From: a virus
Length of the DNA: 54,795 nucleotides
IMG/VR virus record: IMGVR_UViG_3300045988_094320
Reading direction: 5' to 3' (one strand)
Of this stretch, positions 34,650 to 40,591 are shown piece by piece. Position 1 is the first letter of the stretch. Each line of letters begins with the position of its first letter. Below the pieces are notes generated by a model, which searched no databases, was not told the origin of the DNA, and saw only the letters and a program-made list of their open reading frames with translations. Position numbers and translations under genes: made by a program.

Positions 34650-35120
34650 ATGCAGCCTTACCCAAATCCAAATTACTACCAGAACTATATGCAGCCGCCG
34701 CAGCAGATTTATAGTCAGCCGGCAGTACAGCAGTACCAGCAACCTTCATATATGCAGCAGGCAGCGCAAAGAATAAACGGAAGAGTGGTGCAGTCCGCAG
34801 ATATGATTACCGCAAACGATGTCCCGATGGATGGATCGGTTGCGTTCTTTCCCACACAAGATCTGTCAGAGATATACGCAAAGAGTTGGGATGCGAATGG
34901 CAAAATCGTTACAAGGCTTTTTAAGCCTGTTTCAGATTCACACCCTTCCAATCCCACACAAGAAACAGAAAAATTGAAAATAGGGCTATCAGACGAAGCC
35001 ACAGAGGTATTCAACAAGCACTTTGATACACTGTTTTTCAAAATAGAAGAACTGGAAAAGAAAATTGACGAGAAATCTTTGACTAAGACTAATGCAAGAA
35101 CAAAAGTTAGTCAAGATTAG
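34650..35120 (+). CDS. Protein with a Q/P/Y-rich N-terminus and a conserved-looking beta domain
   Basis: 156 aa from ATG 34650 (RBS GAGAGGAA). The first 40 residues contain 13 Q, 7 P and 7 Y, followed by INGRVVQSADMITANDVPMDGSVAFFPTQDLSEIYAKSWDANGKIVTRLFKPV. Confidence 0.55.
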   Translation: MQPYPNPNYYQNYMQPPQQIYSQPAVQQYQQPSYMQQAAQRINGRVVQSADMITANDVPMDGSVAFFPTQDLSEIYAKSWDANGKIVTRLFKPVSDSHPSNPTQETEKLKIGLSDEATEVFNKHFDTLFFKIEELEKKIDEKSLTKTNARTKVSQD

Positions 35121-35154
35121 TCCAAGTTTAGTCTAAAAATAGGATGGTGGCTTT

Positions 35155-35385
35155 ATGATGAATCAAGGAATTATACAGGCAATAAATAAATTAAAGACAA
35201 TCAGGAACCCACAACAGGCAGCCATGCAGGCATTGCAGAATGCAGCAAGGCAAGGAAATCAAATGGCAAGCGGAATTTTGCAGAATATCCAGTCTGGAAA
35301 CATGGCAGGCGTAGAGCAGACACTTAATAATTTTATGGGTGAAAATGGAATCAGTATGAATGATATAAGTCAAATGTTTAGATAA
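35155..35385 (+). CDS. Small Q/N-rich helical protein
   Basis: 76 aa track ORF. Confidence 0.45.
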   Translation: MMNQGIIQAINKLKTIRNPQQAAMQALQNAARQGNQMASGILQNIQSGNMAGVEQTLNNFMGENGISMNDISQMFR

Positions 35386-35398
35386 ATAGTACATATTA

Positions 35399-35434
35399 GG
35401 GTTTTGTCCGGACAGAGTAAAAACCAAGGTTCCC
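35399..35434. promoter_or_regulatory. Bipartite double palindrome, copy C (TGTCCGGACA + AAACCAAGGTT)
   Basis: 10-mer at 35405-35414 and imperfect second palindrome at 35421-35431, 33 nt upstream of ATG 35468. Confidence 0.65.
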
Positions 35435-35467
35435 TATTTGTAAATAAACAAATGGAGGTAAACTAAT

Positions 35468-36238
35468 ATGTTTAGTAACGGAGTAAGCCTTGCTGACATT
35501 GCGGCAGTAACGGGCAACAACAGAGACAATGATGGTATGTGGGGCAATGGCGCATGGTGGATTGTCATTCTCTTAATTTTCGGGTGGGGAGGCTTCGGCA
35601 ATAATGGCTGGGGCGGTAACGGTGCCGGAAATGGTTATACAGATGCGGCAATTCAGAGAGGTTTTGACAATCAGGCTGTTATCAGCAAACTTGACGGTAT
35701 CACAAACGGTCTGTGTGATGGATTCTATGCTGTAAACAACAGTATGCTTACAGGTTTCAACGGAATCAACACCAATATCATGCAGACAGGCTATGGCATC
35801 CAGCAGGCAATCAACGCTGACACAATCGCGAATATGCAGAACACAAATGCATTGCAGGCGCAGCTTGCAAACTGTTGCTGCGAAACTCGTGAAGCTATTC
35901 AGGGTGTAAACTACAACATGGCAACCAACACTTGCGCATTACAGAACACCATGAACAGCAACACAAGAGATATCATCGACAGCCAGCAGGCAGGAACGAG
36001 AGCGATTCTCGACTATCTGTGTCAGGATAAGATCGCAACATTACAGGCTGAGAACAGCGATCTCAGACAAGCTGCATCACAGGATAGACAGAATGCACTT
36101 CTGACTACTGCAATGACAGCGCAGACACAGCAGATCATCAATTCTGTAAACCCACCGGCAATCCCAGCATATGTTGTTCCTAACCCAAACACATATGTGC
36201 CATACGGATGCGGATGCAATCAGAGTTGCGGATGCTAA
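35468..36238 (+). CDS. Membrane-anchored N/Q/G/W-rich protein with a Cys-rich C-terminus
   Basis: 256 aa with RBS GGAGGT. A TM segment (WWIVILLIFGW) is flanked by GNG/WGG repeats. There is a long N/Q/T/A-rich region with a CCC motif, and the protein ends YGCGCNQSCGC. Confidence 0.6.
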   Translation: MFSNGVSLADIAAVTGNNRDNDGMWGNGAWWIVILLIFGWGGFGNNGWGGNGAGNGYTDAAIQRGFDNQAVISKLDGITNGLCDGFYAVNNSMLTGFNGINTNIMQTGYGIQQAINADTIANMQNTNALQAQLANCCCETREAIQGVNYNMATNTCALQNTMNSNTRDIIDSQQAGTRAILDYLCQDKIATLQAENSDLRQAASQDRQNALLTTAMTAQTQQIINSVNPPAIPAYVVPNPNTYVPYGCGCNQSCGC

Positions 36239-36354
36239 TTACAACAGAATAATTGAGTATCTTAATTAAGTTTAACTCGTTTTCAACAGGTTAAAAATGG
36301 TTTTAACGAATTAAAACATGATTATGTCTGCAAAAGCAGTATTACTTGTAAACC

Positions 36355-36390
36355 AAGGGGCAGACTGAAATATGTTTGCCCTTATTTTTT
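36355..36390 (+). terminator. Intrinsic terminator
   Basis: AAGGGGCA-loop-TGCCCTT followed by ATTTTTT. Confidence 0.6.
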
Positions 36391-36409
36391 GAAAGAGAGG
36401 TAAATAAAT

Positions 36410-36832
36410 ATGGCAGAATTTACAGGAATTGCATTACAAACAGTTGCCGCAGGAGAAGATGTTGCTTTTACAGAAACACCAGTATGTGGTAGCAAGTGCA
36501 TTGTTCATAGACAGGGAAGCGGTATTGTCAAGTTAAGAGGTATTACAAACCAGTGTAGAGCAAGATTTCTTGTATCGTTTAGTGGAAATATTCAGATACC
36601 AACAGGCGGTACGGTTGGAGCTATCTCACTTGCACTTGCGGTAGATGGCGAGCCTTTGCAATCAACACGAATGATCGTAACACCGGCGGCAGTAGAAAAT
36701 TTCTTTAACGTATCAGCACAGGCATACGTTGATGTACCTTGTGGTTGTTGCAGTACAGTATCTGTGCAGAACACATCTACACAGACTATTGAGGTTCAGA
36801 ACAGTAATTTGATTGCGATAAGGGAGGCTTAA
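36410..36832 (+). CDS. Small beta-rich protein resembling the BclA C-terminal / C1q-TNF-like domain
   Basis: 140 aa. The pattern ..QTVAAGEDVAF..GSGIVKL..FLVSFSGN...GAISLALAVDGEPL....VSAQAYVDVP..STVSVQN...IEVQNSNLIAIRE matches my memory of exosporium BclA-C-type domains. No collagen repeat. Confidence 0.5.
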   Translation: MAEFTGIALQTVAAGEDVAFTETPVCGSKCIVHRQGSGIVKLRGITNQCRARFLVSFSGNIQIPTGGTVGAISLALAVDGEPLQSTRMIVTPAAVENFFNVSAQAYVDVPCGCCSTVSVQNTSTQTIEVQNSNLIAIREA

Positions 36833-36836
36833 TATT

Positions 36837-37466
36837 ATGCACAAATGGGCTAAACAGATAATGGAATGCGTCAAGGCTAAGGTTGACGGAATTGGAATTG
36901 ACAATTTTGAAGGGCAAAATCTTGACGATTTAAAGGATTTTACAGAAATAGCGAAGAACATAGCTTGTTTTGACAAGGATTACAGAATCGTTGAAGCTAT
37001 GGAAAAGTCAGAAGATAATGAGGATATTATGCGTATGCTCGAACAGTACGAAGATTATCCGGAACGCAGATTTTACGACCATTACAGATATGCCGATGGC
37101 AGATTTGCACCAAAAGGTCGCGGAACATACCGCAGAGGTTATGAAGAGCCGCCGTACTGGCACATGACACCAGAGCGTTATCACGACATGGAATACAGCC
37201 GTGATATGGATAGGGGAAATGGTCGTATGTACTATACGGAGCCTACGCACACAGAAAGCCGGTATGAAAGCGCAAAGAGGGCTTACACAGAATCAAAGGA
37301 ACTGCACAAAGGAAATGAGCCGCAGGACAAAGAAGCAAAAATGCGCGAACTGGAAAAGTACATGAAAGAAATGTCAGATGATCTGCTGAATCTGATGAAA
37401 GGAATGTCACAGGAAGAAATGAATATGGCAAAGTCCAAATTATCAGTCCTTGTCAGCAAAATGTAA
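36837..37466 (+). CDS. Tyr/Arg/Glu-rich protein, unknown function
   Basis: 209 aa with a central low-complexity region RRFYDHYRYADGRFAPKGRGTYRRGYEEPPYWHMTPERYHDMEYSRDMDRGNGRMYY. Confidence 0.55.
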   Translation: MHKWAKQIMECVKAKVDGIGIDNFEGQNLDDLKDFTEIAKNIACFDKDYRIVEAMEKSEDNEDIMRMLEQYEDYPERRFYDHYRYADGRFAPKGRGTYRRGYEEPPYWHMTPERYHDMEYSRDMDRGNGRMYYTEPTHTESRYESAKRAYTESKELHKGNEPQDKEAKMRELEKYMKEMSDDLLNLMKGMSQEEMNMAKSKLSVLVSKM

Positions 37467-37470
37467 AAAC

Positions 37471-37503
37471 AAAGGCTATGGGTGCAATGCTCATAGCCTT
37501 TTT
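37471..37503 (+). terminator. Intrinsic terminator
   Basis: AAAGGCTATG-11 nt-CATAGCCTTT followed by TT. The RBS AGGAG of the next gene follows directly. Confidence 0.75.
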
Positions 37504-37516
37504 AGGAGTTGATTAT

Positions 37517-37843
37517 ATGATATTTACAGTAAATGGAAATAACTGGATACTGCAATATGTAAGACCTAGCAGCGAAGAACTGCGCAGGTCAGACGGCGTA
37601 TACACTCTCGGCGTTACCGACAATACAACCAAAACGGTAACGATTGCGGATAACCTGTCAGATCGAATGACAGACAAGGTACTATGCCATGAGTTGACGC
37701 ACGTTTACAGCTTCGAGAATGGCTGCCACATGGATATGCACACAGAAGAGATAGTTGCGGATTTTCTATCTCTGTATGGTCGAGATATCGTGTACATGGC
37801 TGATGATCTGATGAAGATTTTCCCAAGAAAAGTTGCGTACTAA
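37517..37843 (+). CDS. ImmA/IrrE-like or SprT-like zinc metalloprotease (HExxH)
   Basis: 108 aa from ATG 37517, with ..TVTIADNLSDRMTDKVLCHELTHV.. Confidence 0.55.
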   Translation: MIFTVNGNNWILQYVRPSSEELRRSDGVYTLGVTDNTTKTVTIADNLSDRMTDKVLCHELTHVYSFENGCHMDMHTEEIVADFLSLYGRDIVYMADDLMKIFPRKVAY

Positions 37844-38092
37844 TTAGATTTATGCAAGCTGGAAAACTGGATTTTGAAAATCTTGATAAAAACACTAAAA
37901 AGATCTGCTTTCAAAAAATTTTTCACGAAAAAAATTTCAAATCGGGGAGAATTTGAACCCCCCCCGGTACCATTTTACAGGCTCAAAAACCAAAACGGCG
38001 TTTTTGACGAATTTTACAAAATTTTCGTGAAATTTGGGTTGGAAAATTGAAAATGATTTATAGTGCTTTCGGTTCGTAGATGATACTGGGCC

Positions 38093-38263
38093 TGTCCGGG
38101 CGCGTGCTGATCTTTTCGCTGATCTTTTACGGATCGCCGGCATATTAAACAAATGCCATATATACCGCTGTACCTGTTTGATTGTTCTGATCTTTCGCCA
38201 TGCTCCGGCATATGGAATCTGGGCGCACCTGTCCGGGTGTCCTTCTTGCTGATCTTGTCCGGG
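38093..38263. repeat. Cluster of short repeats: CTGATCTT x4, TGTCCGGG x3, CCGGCATAT x2
   Basis: CTGATCTT at 38107, 38119, 38187 and 38249. TGTCCGGG at 38093, 38230 and 38256. CCGGCATAT at 38137 and 38205. There are five GATC sites within about 150 bp. Confidence 0.85.
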
Positions 38264-38301
38264 CGTGGTTGCAGAATTTCAGAGTGCACAAATTAAAGGC
38301 T

Positions 38302-38329
38302 ATAAGATGCGAATATTTGCACCTGTGAA
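38302..38329 (-). promoter_or_regulatory. Minus-strand promoter P2 (diverged duplicate of P1)
   Basis: Read on the minus strand: TTCACA, 16-nt spacer, TCTTAT. Confidence 0.4.
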
Positions 38330-38401
38330 CGCGCATAACGCCATCAGAGCCATGCAAGACATGCAAGACATATAAATACACTTATAGATATAATTAAGGC
38401 T

Positions 38402-38430
38402 ATAATATGCCTATATTGTCAAATTGTCAA
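38402..38430 (-). promoter_or_regulatory. Minus-strand promoter P1, near consensus
   Basis: Read on the minus strand: TTGACA (38430-38425), 17-nt spacer, TATTAT (38407-38402). Confidence 0.6.
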
Positions 38431-38459
38431 GGTATGAAAAGAAGCCGAGAAAATCCCGG

Positions 38460-38654
38460 CTATTGTTCGATGATTTCAAAGCATTTTTGTATTTCTTCCA
38501 GACTGTGACAGCATTCCCCGCCTGGATAACGATATATAGCCATATAATCGCCACAGCCTAAAGGTTGTATATCTTTCAAATATGCTCTATATCCTCCGTT
38601 CCCTTTTATAATCTTTGGGTATCCGTCTTTCCTCATTTTTTCAATTATTGTCAT
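38460..38654 (-). CDS. Small Cys-containing protein (64 aa)
   Basis: ATG 38654 with RBS GGAGGAA at 7 nt. It is the last gene of the leftward operon and is followed by a hairpin at 38441-38461. Confidence 0.5.
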   Translation of the reverse strand: MTIIEKMRKDGYPKIIKGNGGYRAYLKDIQPLGCGDYMAIYRYPGGECCHSLEEIQKCFEIIEQ

Positions 38655-38744
38655 GCTCTTTTTCCTCCATATTCTAATTTTATCCCAGTTACCCGGGTAA
38701 AAGCAAGCCGGGGAATCGAACCCCGGAAGCACCGACCTTGCTAA

Positions 38745-39077
38745 TTATTTGCTTGCTAAAATCTCCCTTGCTAATAAATCCCAGTAAAGGCTATCGCCGC
38801 GCTTGTCAAGCCACTTTTCGGCTTCTTCTGTGCTTTCGTCTAACCATTCAGCCATAAGCTGGATAATATCATAATAACTATAATCAACGCCAACGCCCAA
38901 ACCTCTCAGCCATTCTATGCAGGCGTTACGCTCTCCAAGTCTTGCAATCGCCCAACCGTATTCACTTACAAACTTTTCCTTAATGTCCTTAATTGTGATA
39001 AGCTCTTCACTCTGTGCAACCTCTGCCAAATAATTTCTAACCGCTACTTTAACTTCCTTGCTGTTTGTTCTTCTCAT
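38745..39077 (-). CDS. Acidic helical protein (110 aa), unknown function
   Basis: Track ORF; Trp/Glu-rich C-terminal half. Confidence 0.55.
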   Translation of the reverse strand: MRRTNSKEVKVAVRNYLAEVAQSEELITIKDIKEKFVSEYGWAIARLGERNACIEWLRGLGVGVDYSYYDIIQLMAEWLDESTEEAEKWLDKRGDSLYWDLLAREILASK

Positions 39078-39105
39078 TTCTTTTTACCTGTGCTATAATA
39101 TAGCT

Positions 39106-39168
39106 ACCTTTCTTTTTTTGATTGGTGGCGGCTTGTGCTTGGTAGGCGTGCCGCCTTTTTTCTTTTTT
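39106..39168 (+). ncRNA. Candidate cis-antisense sRNA of about 60 nt
   Basis: A perfect extended -10, TGCTATAAT (39091-39099), lies about 27 nt upstream of hairpin GGCGGC (39127-32)/GCCGCC (39150-55), which is followed by TTTTTTCTTTTTT. It is antisense to the intercistronic leader of the minus-strand operon. Confidence 0.4.
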
Positions 39169-39233
39169 GGTCTGCCATCATCAGCACCGGGAGACCGTCC
39201 CGCGGTGGACGCTCCAAGGTCGGAGCGTTTCGG

Positions 39234-39386
39234 CTAAATCATGTTAATTGCTTCGGCGTTTAGTTCTATGCATTTCTGGTTGCATCTTTCGATTGATCCA
39301 GTAAAAACGATCTTGCCTGATCCGTTTATTTCTTCAACAACGCAATAACCGAAATAATCGTTATAAGATACATAATATTTTGGCAT
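39234..39386 (-). CDS. Small protein (50 aa), not in the track
   Basis: MPKYYVSYNDYFGYCVVEEINGSGKIVFTGSIERCNQKCIELNAEAINMI, with RBS GGAGCTGGGAAG. Confidence 0.4.
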   Translation of the reverse strand: MPKYYVSYNDYFGYCVVEEINGSGKIVFTGSIERCNQKCIELNAEAINMI

Positions 39387-39401
39387 CTTCCCAGCTCCTT
39401 T

Positions 39402-39515
39402 CTATTTCTCAATCAGCTTAATATCCTGATCGGATTCAATCGCTGTTACTTCTGATCTTGTAAATTCCTCTGATCCTACATACATACCGTTTACATAAAT
39501 TCTATAAGTTTTCAT
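39402..39515 (-). CDS. Small protein (37 aa)
   Basis: MKTYRIYVNGMYVGSEEFTRSEVTAIESDQDIKLIEK, with RBS AAAGGAAG. It is the internal start of track ORF 39402..39776. Confidence 0.35.
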   Translation of the reverse strand: MKTYRIYVNGMYVGSEEFTRSEVTAIESDQDIKLIEK

Positions 39516-39577
39516 TTGCTTTTCTTCCTTTCGTTTGGCGCTTGGTTTTTCTTTTGATAGCTTTATTATAACAGATA

Positions 39578-39717
39578 TAAGGCACAAAACAAGTCGGAAT
39601 ATTATACAAATATAAGGCACAAAACAATTATTCTTTTGTGCAATGTGTATAAGGCACAAATATATTGAGACACTTATATATAGAAGAAAAATAAAACCTT
39701 GACATATAAGGCACAAA
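39578..39717. promoter_or_regulatory. Four direct TAAGGCACAAA boxes in the divergent promoter region
   Basis: Boxes at 39578, 39613, 39650 and 39707. The last sits between TTGACA (39699) and TATTAT (39722) of the RHH gene promoter. On the other strand the boxes overlap two TATAAT-containing leftward promoters. Confidence 0.7.
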
Positions 39718-39759
39718 GCAGTATTATATCTATATAATATTAAAAGGAGGTTGTGAGAT

Positions 39760-39954
39760 ATGAACGAAGAACACAAGACAAGCGAAGCACAAAGAAAAGC
39801 TATATATAATTATGATAGCAAATTTGAGCGGATCAATTGCAGATTCCAAGCAGGCACAAAAGACAGAATCAAGGCATTGAAATATTCGGCGAATGACTTT
39901 ATAAAATTGGCGGTTGCCGAAAAGCTGGAGCGCGAAGAAAAAATATTGAAATAA
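39760..39954 (+). CDS. Ribbon-helix-helix (CopG/Arc-like) DNA-binding protein
   Basis: 64 aa with RBS AAAGGAGG. ERINCRFQAGTKDRIKALKYSANDFIKLAVAEKLERE fits the beta-strand plus two helices RHH pattern. Confidence 0.5.
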   Translation: MNEEHKTSEAQRKAIYNYDSKFERINCRFQAGTKDRIKALKYSANDFIKLAVAEKLEREEKILK

Positions 39955-39997
39955 GGCACAAAATACTATTGACATGTAAGGCACAAAATGATATCAT
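39952..39997 (+). promoter_or_regulatory. Two more TAAGGCACAAA boxes and a second boxed promoter
   Basis: Boxes at 39952 and 39977. TTGACA (39969-74), 17-nt spacer containing a box, TATCAT (39992-97). Confidence 0.6.
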
Positions 39998-40045
39998 AAG
40001 ATCAAACAAAAACGAAAGGGCAGCTAAGGCTGTAGGGTGGTTGAG

Positions 40046-40285
40046 ATGAAAACAGAGGATATTAGAAAAATTCTTGCACATGGTACAAACATGACAGAAC
40101 GCGACATAGAAAGGCATATAAAAGATGGCGTTTCTGTATACGATAACACGGATGCAGGATACAAAGACTATGAGCGAGAGTGTATAGCAGGTTTAATTGA
40201 TCCGGAAGAGATCCCGGAAATGTGGAAAAGTTTGGAAACAGTAGAAAACGGTGTGAAAAGCTACAAGATTGATTTTGTTTTATAG
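40046..40285 (+). CDS. Hypothetical acidic protein
   Basis: 79 aa from ATG 40046 (RBS GGGTGG). Confidence 0.45.
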   Translation: MKTEDIRKILAHGTNMTERDIERHIKDGVSVYDNTDAGYKDYERECIAGLIDPEEIPEMWKSLETVENGVKSYKIDFVL

Positions 40286-40297
40286 GCTCAAACATTT

Positions 40298-40327
40298 AGC
40301 CCCGGCTGAAAAGCTGGGGTTTTCTTT
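40298..40327 (+). terminator. Intrinsic terminator
   Basis: AGCCCCGGC-tgaaaa-GCTGGGGTT followed by TTCTTT. Confidence 0.65.
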
Positions 40328-40364
40328 GGTTGCCGTTTGGTTGCCGTTTGGTTGCCAAGTGGTT
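40328..40364. repeat. 11-bp direct repeats GGTTGCCGTTT, about 3.3 copies
   Basis: Copies at 40328-38, 40339-49 and 40350-60 (GGTTGCCAAGT), then GGTT. Confidence 0.9.
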
Positions 40365-40444
40365 AACAATACAGCTAAAAACAAGGCTGCCAAAACAGCT
40401 ACAAGCCGCATAAAAACTGGATTTTGACAAAAAGCAGATAGGGT

Positions 40445-40515
40445 ATACATACCCTATACATACCCTATGCATACTGTATCCATACTGTATACATAGTGTA
40501 TCCATACCGTATACG
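40445..40515. repeat. 11-bp phased iterons AT(A/C/G)CATA(C/G)(C/T)(C/G)T, 6.5 copies
   Basis: atacataccct atacataccct atgcatactgt atccatactgt atacatagtgt atccataccgt atacg. Confidence 0.9.
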
Positions 40516-40516
40516 C

Positions 40517-40591
40517 AAAGAAAAAAGAGAAAAAGAAAGCAGAAAGAAAAGAAGCAAAAGAAAGAGTAAAGAATAAAGATAAATAAAGAAA
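40517..40591. repeat. Polypurine tract (plus strand), followed by about 140 bp of AT-rich DNA with a central (CG)3 block
   Basis: 75 nt with only 6 pyrimidines. The region 40600-40736 is almost pure A/T except tatatatcgcgcgcggatatat. Confidence 0.85.

Larger units (their letters stand above)
37921..38394 (-). ncRNA. Candidate non-coding transcript from tandem minus-strand promoters (extent uncertain)
   Basis: Promoters at 38430-38402 and 38329-38302 point into about 500 nt that has no SD-preceded ORF but has dense repeats and long-range complementarity. Confidence 0.3.

Noticed and set aside
34541-34714. 57-aa ORF (MLMNFSQMGTPNKD...) overlapping both 34417..34578 and the Q/P/Y-rich gene
   Set aside because: Three frames are open here. 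This ORF would overlap the better-supported 34650 start by 65 nt, and it shows no distinctive features.
37944-37965. GGGGGGTTCAAATTCTCCCC (minus strand) looks like a tRNA T arm, suggesting a tRNA gene or a tRNA-derived attP core
   Set aside because: No complementary acceptor strand, D arm or anticodon arm could be found on either side. The site is also 3.9 kb from int, whereas arm-type repeats lie right next to int.
37937-38381. Three overlapping minus-strand ORFs (71, 91 and 78 aa) in the gene-free region
   Set aside because: None has a Shine-Dalgarno sequence. They overlap each other in different frames and are built from the short repeats. The region is treated as non-coding.
40296-40505. 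69-aa minus-strand ORF
   Set aside because: It is composed almost entirely of the 11-bp iterons and GGTTGCCGTTT repeats, so it is a repeat artefact.
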